This document shows, in pieces, positions 15,136 through 25,059 of a stretch of 64,000 nucleotides of DNA. The notes beneath the pieces were generated by a model. The model was not told the origin of the DNA and ran no database searches. It saw only the letters and a program-made list of their open reading frames with translations. The stretch comes from Nitrospirota bacterium (GTDB lineage: Bacteria; Nitrospirota; UBA9217): positions 288,001-352,000 of the forward strand of contig CAVVUN010000002.1 in NCBI GenBank assembly GCA_963751455.1, given 5' to 3'. Every line of letters begins with the position of its first letter. Positions within the stretch are counted from its first letter, which is position 1. Made by a program: the position numbers and the translations under genes.

Positions 15136-16198
15136 ATGATTTACCGTGTGTGCGCTGTTTTAATGCTTGTTCTCATATTAACAGTCGCCGGTCCTGTTTC
15201 CGCCGGCAGCCTCGAGCCTTTCACCGGTATTCCGGCGCCCGAGCAGAACCCGCAGACACCGGAGAAGATCGAGCTCGGCAAAAAGCTCTTTTTCGACAGG
15301 CGGCTTTCAGGCGACGGTACCATGAGCTGCGCCACTTGCCATGACCCCGAGCAGGCATTCACCGATGGACTGGACATTTCGCTCAGCTATCCTACGACGA
15401 GGAACTGGCGCAACTCACCGACACTTCTGAATGTTGCCTACCGGAAGAGCTTGTTTCATGACGGGAGGTCCCAGACCCTCGAGGACCAGGCGCTTTTTCC
15501 CATGATGTCCGCTTTTGAGATGAACAGGAACATCGATTTTGTCGAAGAAATAATCCGCAGTGTCCCCGAGTATGGAGAGGCTTTCAAGAAGGTATTCGGC
15601 GGGGAGCCGAACCGTGACCGGATGGCAATGGCGATCGCAGCCTTCGAGAGGTCGCTCGTGTCCCGCAACACGCCGCTGGACCGTCACCTGCGGGGCGATA
15701 CGAAGGCCCTCTCAAACGACGCCAAGAAGGGGCTTGTGGTATTTATGAAAAAAGGCGCCTGTGCCGAATGTCATTACGGCTTCAGCCTCTCGGACGACAG
15801 GTTTTACTCGCTGAACGTTCCTGAGAACAGCGAGCATCAGAACGATCCTCGCACTGCTGTTACGCGGAGGTTCGTGGCGAAGCTCTATCATTTCGAAGAC
15901 TACCGGACGCTGACCGAAGATCCGGGAAGGTACCTGATAACGAAAGATAAAAAAGACTGGAAAGCCTTCAGAACTCCGTCGCTCCTGGACATTGCTAAAA
16001 CAGGTCCGTATATGCACAACGGAATTTTCCAGACGCTTGAAGAGGTCATCGATTTCTTTAACAAGCGGCGGCGGCAAGGGAAACACCGCGCTCAAGCCGC
16101 TGCGTTTGACTGATAAGGAAAAGAAATATTTGAAGACATTTCTCAGCGAGGCGTTGGCCGGCGAGAGCGCGCCATTTGAATATCCGAAGGTGCCGTAA
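15136..16198 (+). CDS. Diheme cytochrome c peroxidase / MauG family
   Basis: LGKKLFFDRRLS, CATCH and CAECH heme motifs, FRTPSL, PYMHNG; frameshift near 16063. Confidence 0.9.
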
Positions 16199-16348
16199 CA
16201 GAATGGAACCAACCTGCAAGATTTCTCACTTTGTTCGAAATGATTCATATGTAAGAATATCTTCTCCGAGATGTCTCTAATGGTTAAACAGCTTTTTTGT
16301 CCGGGCCAGTTTTTCACGACATATTAAGAAAAGAGAAGGAGTTTGCCG

Positions 16349-17110
16349 ATGAAGGATGTGATTGAAGAGATCATCAGGACTAAGCAGCATCTCGCCGAGC
16401 CTCTCCGGTTCTATGAAAAGGCGTCGCGGTTCTTCGAGGCTGTCGGCAAAATGCCGCTCACCGGCTCTCTTGCCAAAAATGCCTATGAGCCGAAAATGCT
16501 GAATGAAATATTCGACCGATTTGCGGCATTCCTTGCGCTGCCCGAAGGAACGCTCAGTCCCTTACAGCATGCGATGGAACTGGAAGAAATAGATTTTACC
16601 CGGCTTCCTCTCGGCGAGGCGCCGGCCTTCTCTCTCCCTTATCCCGAGGACGATCTCGTTATGATGCTTTTTTTGATCAGCAAACCGTATTTTTTTTCAA
16701 TCGGCAAAGCGAGAGATTTCAACGGAAGAACGTGGGAAGAAGGGAAGTGTCCGGTCTGCCAGGGCAGGCCGGCTGTTTCATGGATCGGCGAAGACGGCCG
16801 CAGGCAGGTATCCTGTTCCTATTGCGGTACAACAGGGTTCGTGCTCCGGTCGGGCTGCCCGCTCTGCCAGCGTATTGACAGCGAGAAACAGAAGATACTT
16901 ATTTTTGAAAGCGAGAGCGACTTCATGATCAACACCTGCGATCTCTGCAGTTCCTATTTCAAAACAGTCGATGCGGGCGTTATTTCACGTTACAGCATTG
17001 AGCTGGCAGACATGATGAGCCTGCCGCTTGATATAGTGGTCCAGGAAAAAGGGCATTCCCGCCGTTCGCCCAACCCGATCGGCATGCGGAAAATGACCTC
17101 ACGGGGCTGA
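16349..17110 (+). CDS. fdhE: Formate dehydrogenase accessory protein FdhE family
   Basis: Four CxxC pairs (CPVC, CSYC, CPLC, CDLC-SYFK) and LPLDIVVQEKG C-terminus. Confidence 0.75.
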   Translation: MKDVIEEIIRTKQHLAEPLRFYEKASRFFEAVGKMPLTGSLAKNAYEPKMLNEIFDRFAAFLALPEGTLSPLQHAMELEEIDFTRLPLGEAPAFSLPYPEDDLVMMLFLISKPYFFSIGKARDFNGRTWEEGKCPVCQGRPAVSWIGEDGRRQVSCSYCGTTGFVLRSGCPLCQRIDSEKQKILIFESESDFMINTCDLCSSYFKTVDAGVISRYSIELADMMSLPLDIVVQEKGHSRRSPNPIGMRKMTSRG

Positions 17111-17116
17111 TTATCC

Positions 17117-17353
17117 ATGATGAATAAGATTGAAAAAATGTCGGCTGCCGAGCTTCGGAAGGAACTCGAACGGCTCCGGGCAAGTCTGTGCGACCTGCAG
17201 GAAATGCATGATTACACCTTTGGAAAAACGAACGCACATATCGGGGCCGAGATGGCGAACAACATGCAAGCGGAATATGAGGAGGAATGCAGTGAACATG
17301 AAAAAAAGATGGCCGTGATTGAGCAATTGTTAAAAGACGGGGAGTCGGAATAG
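17117..17353 (+). CDS. Small coiled-coil hypothetical protein
   Basis: 78-aa acidic helical ORF right after fdhE. Confidence 0.6.
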   Translation: MMNKIEKMSAAELRKELERLRASLCDLQEMHDYTFGKTNAHIGAEMANNMQAEYEEECSEHEKKMAVIEQLLKDGESE

Positions 17354-17481
17354 GTGGGGAACGAAATAGTTTTCTTTAGGCTATGTATAATCCTAGAAAC
17401 AGCAGTTGGACACGGATAACGGCGGAAAAGGCGGATAAAATATTAAAAATTCAAGCATGAGCCATTCACCAAATGGATAAA

Positions 17482-17645
17482 CCTGAAAAAAGCAGTTGGA
17501 CACGGATAAAATCTGATCAACACGGATTTATAGGAAGTTACGAACAGTAATGGATTCACCCAAAAGGCGAGATGGCTTTTTGCTCTATCACATTGTTTTG
17601 ATCCGCTGTTTCCGTGTTCATCCGTGTTCAAATGCCGTTTTTAGG
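17482..17645. mobile_element. 164-bp MITE (inner)
   Basis: CCT...AGG imperfect TIRs, ATAAA TSD; reverse-complement copy at 26542-26705. Confidence 0.9.
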
Positions 17646-17673
17646 ATAAATCTTTTTCATAATGAGAAGTTGA

Positions 17674-19191
17674 CCTTGTAGTTGCATAAACATTTCTTGA
17701 AAATATGCAGAAACCTCTGGAAACAGGCTTCATTATTGGATATAGTGCTCCTGCGATATCATTATTTCACTCAAGCAGGAGGCCACTGAAAGTGAAGTCC
17801 AGTAAAGCACAGGTTCTAAGCCGCGTTCACAAAATACCGGAACTGAAGTTCGAGGATCAACAGCTCACTTCCTACGCGGGCCTTGCTATCATTCAGGCAT
17901 TCTTCACGAAGCTGAATCTGAAAGCCCGCTTGAAAAGCTGCTTTGATCATCTACCGTCGAGCGCCATCTTCGGCAATCACGTCATTACGCTCGTGCTGAT
18001 CGTGCATCTGATGCTGGGTTATCGGAAACTCCGCGACATCGAATACTATCAGGACGACCTTATGGCGCTTCGTCTTCTGGGCCTCCGAAAAATGCCGGAC
18101 GTTTCCACGATCAGCCGGGCATTGATGACGGTCGACGCAAAGGACATTTTGAATCTTCGTCGGTTCTGCCGGGAAATGTCGCTCTCCCGCATACAGGGTT
18201 TGAAGCTTCGTCGCGTGACGCTTGATTTCGACGGCTCTGTGCTCTCGACCTCCCGATGGGCTGAGGGTGCCGCCGTAGGCTTCAACAAAAAGAAAAAAGG
18301 GCAGAGAAGCTATTATCCGCTTTTCTGCATGATCGCTCAGTTGGGCATGGTCCTTGACGTCCTGCCCCGTTCGGGTAACGTACATGATTCCAACGGCGCC
18401 CGGGCGTTCATCCTTGCGTGCATCGAACAGGTGCGTGCAACCTGTTCGGATATCGTCATCGAAGTGCGCATGGACAGCGCTTTCTTCAGCGATGAAATCG
18501 TCGGCGCGCTGGAGCGCGACGGAATTGAGTTCACCATCTCGGTCCCCTTTGAGCGGTTCTCCGAACTCAAACACATGATCGAAGCCAAAAAACGCTGGAG
18601 GCGTTACGATTCCGTTGTTTCCTATTTCGACACACCCTGGAAGCCGAAAAGCTGGGACAGCCGGTTCCGCTTTCTTTTTATTCGTCAAAAAGCCAAAAAG
18701 CAGTCAAAAGAGCCGGTGCAGCTTGATATGTTCACGCCGCACGAATACGGGTTTGACTTCAAGGTGATCGTTACAAACAAAACAACGACGGTGAAGAAAG
18801 TCCTGAACTTCCATCAGGGCCGCGGTTCTCAGGAAAACATCCTTGGAGAGCTAAAGTCCCAGTGCAATATGGATTACGTGGCTGTGAGAAGATTGCACGG
18901 AAATCAGCTATACATGATGTCGGCGATCATCTCGCACAATCTCCTGAAGGAACTTCACATGGTCGCGCATGAACCCGACCGGGGCACCACCGAAAAACGG
19001 GCCGCTCTTTGGGAGTTCACGGAGCCCAATACCCTGCGAAGAACACTTATACAGCGTGCCGGCCGCCTGACACAGCCCGGCGGCAAGCTAACTCTGACAA
19101 TGAACGCCAATCCACGAGTCAAAAAGGGGTTGTTGCATTATCTCGACCGATTGCAACGGGCCGCATAGCGATTTTTTATGCAACGTTAAGG
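17674..19191 (+). mobile_element. IS1380-family insertion sequence
   Basis: TIRs CCTTgtaGTTGCATAAA / TTTATGCAACgttAAGG; TTGA direct repeats; single transposase. Confidence 0.9.
17792..19168 (+). CDS. IS1380-family DDE transposase
   Basis: LTSYAGL, TLDFDGS, YYPL, RMDSAF, RGSQEN motifs; GTG after AGGAGG (ORF open from 17705). Confidence 0.92.
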   Translation: MKSSKAQVLSRVHKIPELKFEDQQLTSYAGLAIIQAFFTKLNLKARLKSCFDHLPSSAIFGNHVITLVLIVHLMLGYRKLRDIEYYQDDLMALRLLGLRKMPDVSTISRALMTVDAKDILNLRRFCREMSLSRIQGLKLRRVTLDFDGSVLSTSRWAEGAAVGFNKKKKGQRSYYPLFCMIAQLGMVLDVLPRSGNVHDSNGARAFILACIEQVRATCSDIVIEVRMDSAFFSDEIVGALERDGIEFTISVPFERFSELKHMIEAKKRWRRYDSVVSYFDTPWKPKSWDSRFRFLFIRQKAKKQSKEPVQLDMFTPHEYGFDFKVIVTNKTTTVKKVLNFHQGRGSQENILGELKSQCNMDYVAVRRLHGNQLYMMSAIISHNLLKELHMVAHEPDRGTTEKRAALWEFTEPNTLRRTLIQRAGRLTQPGGKLTLTMNANPRVKKGLLHYLDRLQRAA

Positions 19192-19252
19192 TTGATTCTT
19201 CTTCCGCTTTTATCCGTTGTTACCGGTTTTCCCGTGTCCCGAACCGCCGTTT

Positions 19253-19921
19253 TCAGGATAATCCGTATACAACAATAAACACCAGCGCCGGGAGCATATC
19301 GACCGTCTTGATCTTCTTGAGCTCAAGCAGGTTGAAACCGATGGCCAGAACTATAATGCCGCCCACTCCGTCGATGTTGTTCATCATTCCCTGCGGCGTA
19401 AGAAACATAAGGTACGACGAGAAGACGGTAAGACTGCCCTGCACCGCGAAGACGGTGACGGCCGAAAAGATAACGGATTTACCATACCGGGCGGCGAGGA
19501 GAAAAGAGGCGAAACAGTCCATGACCGATTTTGTCTTGATCAGAGCGTCGTCATTGTACAGGCCGTCTTTGAGCGAACCAATCAGGGTCATGGAGCCTAC
19601 GCAGAAAAGCGCGCTCGCAATCAAAAAACCCTCCGTATCGAATTGTCCTGAAAACCAGGAATGATTCAACGCTTTCAGCCCGTTGTTCAGGCGGTCCTCG
19701 ATCCGGAGAACGCTTCCGAAACACATGCCGAGAACCAGGCAGAAGACGATGGGTATAACGTCATTCCCGTTCATACTCATCCTGAACCCGATAAAGGCGG
19801 TCACAAGACCCAGCACGGCGAATACGCCGGATTTGACGTTTTCCCGCACTGTGTTGCCGGCGATCAGGCCGGCAGCGCTGCCGGCAGCGACCAATAGACT
19901 ATTGAAGAGGTATCCTTTCAT
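19253..19921 (-). CDS. DUF554 (YqgA-like) membrane protein
   Basis: ALFCVGSMTLIGSLKDGL, KSVMD, DMLPAL; stop supplied by the MITE end. Confidence 0.85.
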   Translation of the reverse strand: MKGYLFNSLLVAAGSAAGLIAGNTVRENVKSGVFAVLGLVTAFIGFRMSMNGNDVIPIVFCLVLGMCFGSVLRIEDRLNNGLKALNHSWFSGQFDTEGFLIASALFCVGSMTLIGSLKDGLYNDDALIKTKSVMDCFASFLLAARYGKSVIFSAVTVFAVQGSLTVFSSYLMFLTPQGMMNNIDGVGGIIVLAIGFNLLELKKIKTVDMLPALVFIVVYGLS

Positions 19922-20077
19922 GATGCGATATTATAATGATTTTCCTATTGGTTGGGAAACACTATTTGCTACAGCTCCGCCTGTACTGAACTTCACTTTT
20001 TTTAATTGAGTAATTCTCGCACTTATGTTATTGTATGGCCCTGGCATTTCATTATTTCAACCCAAGGAGGGAATAGG

Positions 20078-20359
20078 ATGAAAAAGACAGCAGCAGTAGT
20101 GGCAGCAGTAGTTCTGGTTGTAGCGCTCGTGTCTCTTGCATTTGCTGCAGAGACGAAAAAGGGCACCATCAAGTCAGTAGATGCAAAGGCCGGCACCGTA
20201 GAGTTAACGGCAGATGGAAGCGATGTAACGTTGAAGGCAGACAAGTCAGTGGATCTCGGCAAGTTGAAGGCCGGTGACAAGGTAGAAGCATCGATCGAAA
20301 AAGACGTTCTTATGAGTGTGAAGCCGGCAAAAAAGCCCAGGGCTTCAGTCGGCTGCTAA
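20078..20359 (+). CDS. Small secreted OB-fold-like protein with C-terminal VGC
   Basis: AGGAGG RBS, signal peptide, KGTIKSVD..G.V, LKAGDKV, ends KKPRASVGC*. Confidence 0.8.
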   Translation: MKKTAAVVAAVVLVVALVSLAFAAETKKGTIKSVDAKAGTVELTADGSDVTLKADKSVDLGKLKAGDKVEASIEKDVLMSVKPAKKPRASVGC

Positions 20360-20373
20360 TGTTCTTATCCGCC

Positions 20374-20410
20374 AGGGAGTCACTGTAACGGTGACTCCCT
20401 TTTTCTTTTT
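20374..20410 (+). terminator. Rho-independent terminator
   Basis: AGGGAGTCAC/GTGACTCCCT stem + T run. Confidence 0.9.
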
Positions 20411-20544
20411 TCAGTTCCGCTTAATATTCCGTCGTTCCTTACGTTCTTCGCTTGAAATTCTTGTATGCTGTCATTAATCCATTGCTGCTGAAACACACAG
20501 GGGGCATCGGCTGCCCTCTTTACCCGGACCGTATATAATATTTC

Positions 20545-20573
20545 TTGATTTCATTATGGGTTTTGTCTATTAT
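20545..20573 (+). promoter_or_regulatory. sigma-70 promoter
   Basis: TTGATT-N17-TATTAT. Confidence 0.65.
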
Positions 20574-20595
20574 GTCACTTCCGGAACAAACAATT

Positions 20596-20828
20596 GACTC
20601 CGTTGTTGTACCCTCTCGCTGATAGACGCGTGAGGGGAATCAAGGACAATCAAGGTGAAGCATAGACCCGTTATCGTACCATCTCCTTGAGGAACAGGAG
20701 AAAAGCTCAGACCCGTTGTTGTACCCTCCCGCTGACAAACGCGTGAGGGGAATCAAGGACAGTCAAGGTGAAGCATAGACTCGTTATCGTACCATCTCCT
20801 TGAGGAACAGGAGATGGGATTCAGGGAC
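20596..20828 (+). repeat. Tandem A-B-A-B structured leader repeat (~113-bp period), candidate cis-regulatory RNA
   Basis: Four units start GAC..CGTTRTYGTACC (20596, 20665, 20710, 20778), each with a hairpin; three close with GGGAWTCARGGAC. Confidence 0.85.
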
Positions 20829-20841
20829 AGGAGGAACTACA

Positions 20842-21063
20842 GTGATCAAAGTGAACCAGGAAGAGCTCCAGGAAAAGATTAAAAAATTAAAACAGACAGC
20901 ATCGGTGAAAACCTCCGAGGCAAAAGGGAAGTCTGACCCGGCAGTGCGCAAGGCGCGCAAAGAAGTAAAGCGGGCCCAGCGAAAGCTGCGCGCAGCCAAG
21001 GCATATAAATCGGCCGGGAAGAAAGCGGAAGAAGCGAAGCCCGCGGAAAAGGCAACTGCTTAA
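20842..21063 (+). CDS. Small Lys/Arg/Ala-rich basic protein
   Basis: GTG 7 nt after AGGAGG; VRKARKEVKRAQRKLRAAK. Confidence 0.75.
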   Translation: MIKVNQEELQEKIKKLKQTASVKTSEAKGKSDPAVRKARKEVKRAQRKLRAAKAYKSAGKKAEEAKPAEKATA

Positions 21064-21067
21064 GGGG

Positions 21068-21784
21068 GTGCCGATGCAGCGCACCCATTTGAACAGATTC
21101 ATCCAGCCGTTCCTGATTACTATCGTACTGCTCTGCTCCTGCGCAGAGCGGGCAATCCCCCAGGAACCCGTTCCAGGGCCTCTTGTCCCTGCTCCTGTCT
21201 CGCAGCCTGCTCAATCATCTACAGCGGCGCCGCCTGCCGTTCGTCAAACGTACCGTGAAACAGGAACAGCAGGCTGGTACGGCAGGGAATTCCACGGCAG
21301 AAAAACGGAAAGCGGAGAAACGTTCGACATGAATGCGCTGTCCGCTGCTCACCGGACATTGCCGCTCGGCACGATTATCCGGGTGACCAGCCTGGAGAAC
21401 TTTAAAAGCATCAAGGTAAAGGTAAACGACAGTGGACCCTTCGTAAAAGACCTCATCCTTGAATTGTCCTTTGGCGCTGCCCGCGAACTTGGCTTTGCCG
21501 ATCAGGGAACCGCAAGGGTCAAGATCGAGGCCCTGGAGCATGTTCGGGAGAGTCCGCTGTATACGGTCCAGGCGGCTGTGTTTGCCGAGGAAGAGAACGC
21601 AAAACTCCTCAAGGAGCGGCTGTCGAGGAAGTTTGAAGTCATCACCATTGTGCCCTTTGTATCAAATCTGGGGAAATTTTATCGGGTCCGCGTCGGCTCG
21701 TATAGCGCCGAAGAGAAGGCCGAGTTGATTGCCGGGAAGCTGACTCTCGAAGGGTTGGAGCCGTTCGTGGTGAGGAAAGACTGA
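21068..21784 (+). CDS. rlpA: Septal ring lytic transglycosylase RlpA (DPBB + SPOR)
   Basis: GTAGWYG, SAAHRTLPLGT, VKVNDSGP, C-terminal SPOR (YRVRVG). Confidence 0.9.
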   Translation: MPMQRTHLNRFIQPFLITIVLLCSCAERAIPQEPVPGPLVPAPVSQPAQSSTAAPPAVRQTYRETGTAGWYGREFHGRKTESGETFDMNALSAAHRTLPLGTIIRVTSLENFKSIKVKVNDSGPFVKDLILELSFGAARELGFADQGTARVKIEALEHVRESPLYTVQAAVFAEEENAKLLKERLSRKFEVITIVPFVSNLGKFYRVRVGSYSAEEKAELIAGKLTLEGLEPFVVRKD

Positions 21785-21863
21785 GACCATTACCCCTATT
21801 GTAAATTGCAAAATGCAAATTGCAAAATAGAATAGTTCATAAAGTATGGGCAGGTAACCAGCT

Positions 21864-23364
21864 ATGAATATCAAGGTTAAAGCGGACAGAATAGAAAAGA
21901 TCAAGACCGGGGGAGCCGTAATTTTCCTCTTTGAGGACGAGAAACCCGGGCCGGCAGTAGAGCGTGTCGACCGTCTGCTCGGCGGCACCATAGCGCGCCT
22001 GCTCAAAGAGGGGGATTTCAAACCGAAGCCGGGAGCGCTCCATTTTTTTTATTCCGAAGGCAGGATCGCAGCGGAACGTGTTGCGCTTGCCGGGCTCGGC
22101 AAGCGAACCGATTTAACCCTGAACCGGCTTCGTCACGCGGCAGGCAAAGCCGCAAACACGCTGCGGGCATACGGAGCAGCCGATGTAGCAATCGGGTCGG
22201 ACGGGATCGGCCCGGACGCGGAAGAAACGGCACAGGCCTTGGTTGAAGGCAGTGTGCTCGGACTCTACCGTTTTGTCAAATACAAGACCAAAGAAGAAAA
22301 CAGTTTAAAAAAGGACATCACGTCCATAATGCTCGTAACGGAAAAAGCGTCGAACCTCAAAGATATGCAGAAGGGGGCCAAGATCGGCAGCAGTGATCGC
22401 GGAATCCGCATCCATGGCCCGCGATATGGTAAATTCTCCCCCGTCCGATATGACCCCGACGATTATCGCGGAAAAGGGGCGTGAGATTGCTAAGGAATTC
22501 GGCCTCAAGTTCAAGGTGCTGGAACGCACTCAGATGGAGAAATTGGGAATGGGCGCCCTTCTCGGCGTGGCAGCGGGCAGCGCACAGCCGCCGAAATTTA
22601 TTATCGTCGAATACTTCCGCGGCGGGAAAAAACCGTTTATAGCGCTGGTCGGAAAGACCATTACGTTCGATTCCGGCGGGATTTCCATCAAGCCTGCGGA
22701 GAACATGGACAAGATGAAGGATGACATGTCCGGAGGCGCTGCCGTGCTCGGGGCGATCCGGACTGCTGCAGCGCTCAAACTTCCGCTCAACATCGTCGGC
22801 CTTCTGCCCGCTTCCGAGAACATGCCGGGCGGCCGGGCATATAAACCAGGAGACGTGCTGAGTACCCTGTCGGGGCAAACCATCGAGATCATGAATACGG
22901 ACGCTGAGGGCAGGCTGGTCCTGTCCGATGCGCTTTCCTATGCGTGCCGGTACAAGCCGGCTGTGATCGTCGACATCGCGACTCTTACAGGGGCCTGCCG
23001 GATAGCGCTCGGACAGGAAGCAACGGGCATGATCGGCACAGATGAAAACGTTAAGCAGCAGATACGCCAGGCGGGCGAGAAGACCGGCGAACGTGTCTGG
23101 GAGATGCCGCTCTGGGAAGGGTATTACGACCTTATCAAGAGCGACATCGCGGACATGAAGAACACCGGAGGAAGAGACGGCGGTGTGATCACCGCAGCCG
23201 CGCTTCTTTCCAAATTCGTTCAGAATTACCCATGGGCACATCTCGATATCGCGGCCACGGCCTGGACCGATAAGGATCGGCCCTATACGCCGAAAGGCGC
23301 CACAGGGATCGGCGTGAGATTGCTGACGCAATTTCTTCGGGATTACGCGGGCAACGCCGCTTAA
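21864..23364 (+). CDS. pepA: Leucyl aminopeptidase (M17), frameshift near 22389
   Basis: VGKTITFDSGG, MKDDMSG, NTDAEGRL, ATLTGA, HLDIA. Confidence 0.92.
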
Positions 23365-23482
23365 AGACTGCTTTCGGTTGCCCGTTTTTCCCGCTGCTAT
23401 CCGCGAAACAATGGCTTCTGTTTGATACGCCGGTCCGCGCTGTTTACCTTCAATCGGAGCTTGTCTTTCAACAATCGCTAAA

Positions 23483-23675
23483 CCGGAAAGAGCATTTGGA
23501 CGCGGAAAAATCGGATGACATCGGATTAAGATAATAAAAATCATCTTCTAAAAAAACCATCACCCGTTTGTTGTTTTTCGTTTCGATCCAAGTCTTCGAT
23601 TTAATCCGCCGTTTCTGCGTTTATCGTTCGACTGAGCTCACGCCGAAGTCTGCGTCCAACTGCCGTTTTCTTAGG
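23483..23675. mobile_element. 193-bp MITE of the CC...GG family
   Basis: Ends CCGGAAAGAGCATTTGGACGC / GCGTCCAACTGCCGTTTTCTTAGG; CTAAA TSD both sides. Confidence 0.8.
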
Positions 23676-24063
23676 CTAAACCGTCTTTTCCATCCACACA
23701 AAAAGGCCGCGCATATCTTCCGGTATCTGGTCCAAGCGTATCCAGAAGCTCTTTCGATGGAATGAATTTCGCGAGAACGGAAAGCACGGCGCGGACATGA
23801 ATCGCCGCCGTTGTCGAATCTATCTCCTCCTTCTCGGCTACTTTGTCGACAAATCCCGTTATCCCGAAGGATGCCGGCCATGCGAATTGTCTGAGATAAC
23901 CCCGCATTTCAATCGGGAGAGTCGCTGCAAGAGAATCGGCCTGTTGCCGCTTGATCCGCTGAGACAGAACTCCCAAGACGGCAGAGATCGCCCGAATAGC
24001 GTCATCATTAGTGGGAAGCCCGGCACGTTCCTTGACCAATGCTATATAGTGCCCGTAAAACAT
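23676..24063 (-). CDS. DUF2267 family protein
   Basis: AVLGVLSQRI..QADSLAATLP, HVRAVLSVL; corrected C-terminus DQIPEDMRGLFVWMEKTV*. Confidence 0.7.
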
Positions 24064-24287
24064 TTCTCCTCCTCTTTTGCTTCGACGCAACGAGAAAGCA
24101 AGGGGCCGCTCGAATTCCGGGAGCCTCGATAATTCGAATATAGCAATGTGGAGCTTATTGGTCAAAAAAATATTCCTTCATTTGGAACTTTTGTTCGATC
24201 CAAATCAAAATGGACTTTTAAGCCAAAGTAAATCCATCAATAATGCCCCGCATTCGGCACGCTGTCAGCATGTCTCGAATAAAATCC

Positions 24288-24316
24288 TTGACTCTTACGG
24301 TCCCTGCTTCTAAAAT
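24288..24316 (+). promoter_or_regulatory. sigma-70 promoter
   Basis: TTGACT-N17-TAAAAT. Confidence 0.65.
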
Positions 24317-24360
24317 GGTGAAACTTTTCCGCGTTGGAGGGCGTTTACTCTCGATAGTGT

Positions 24361-24984
24361 ATGCACGCTGATCTGTCATATGATGAGGCTGCTTCTCATC
24401 TGGAAAAAGTACTGATAAAAGGAAAAGCAATGAAGGCGGACGTGTTCATCGCTTCATCGCGGGGACAGCGTTTCGTCGTAAAGGATTTCGGGAAAAAAGG
24501 TTTTTTCGAGCGGAACGTCGTCGGCCGCACGATTGTCAATCGCGAACTGCGCGCCTACCGCGCTCTTTCCGGCATTGACGGCCTGCCGTCCCGTTTCAAG
24601 CGGTTGAACCCGTTTTCGATCGCGATAGAATACCTGGACGGCAGGAACCTTGGCGAGGTTCAGCCGGGCGAGATAGGGCCAGGTCTGGTCCGGCAATTCG
24701 AGGATGTCGTGGAAGAACTGCATGAACGCGGCTGGGTGCATCTTGACCTCCAGCGCCGTTCGAATGTGCTGCTTGTCAAAGGAAAACTTTTCGTAATAGA
24801 CCTTGCCTCGGCCTTTCATCCGGGCGGCATACCCTTGATCGGCCAGTGGCTGACCCGGCTTCTGGGTCTCGCCGACCGCATGTCTCTCATTAAAATGAAA
24901 AGTATTTACGCGCCGGAACTTATGACGGCGACTGAACGGAAATGGCGCACACTCCGGAATATGGTGTTTCCCCGGAAGTGGTAG
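24361..24984 (+). CDS. Protein-kinase-like (RIO/Kdo-like) protein
   Basis: VVKD, RE..A, LHERGWVHLDL..N, IDLA motifs; start may be 24430. Confidence 0.75.
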   Translation: MHADLSYDEAASHLEKVLIKGKAMKADVFIASSRGQRFVVKDFGKKGFFERNVVGRTIVNRELRAYRALSGIDGLPSRFKRLNPFSIAIEYLDGRNLGEVQPGEIGPGLVRQFEDVVEELHERGWVHLDLQRRSNVLLVKGKLFVIDLASAFHPGGIPLIGQWLTRLLGLADRMSLIKMKSIYAPELMTATERKWRTLRNMVFPRKW

Positions 24985-25059
24985 CATGAATGCGGAATGC
25001 GGATTTAATGATCAAGTCAATACCCCTCAGGTGCGTAACGGGATGGACAGAAAAAGGAG

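Larger units (their letters stand above)
17392..19257. mobile_element. Outer MITE carrying two nested insertions
   Basis: Ends CCTAGAAACAGCAGTTGGACACGG / CCGTGTCCCGAACCGCCGTTTTCAGG; ATAAT TSD at 17387-17391 and 19258-19262. Confidence 0.8.

Noticed and set aside
20596-20828. CRISPR array or known riboswitch (glnA, c-di-AMP)
   Set aside because: The inter-repeat segments are themselves repeated and self-complementary, there are no cas genes, and the known consensus elements are only partly matched.
22357-23544. 395-aa minus-strand ORF and other long antisense ORFs (26993-28003, 61464-62462, 40419-41219)
   Set aside because: Shadows of GC-rich genes on the opposite strand, with no recognisable motifs.
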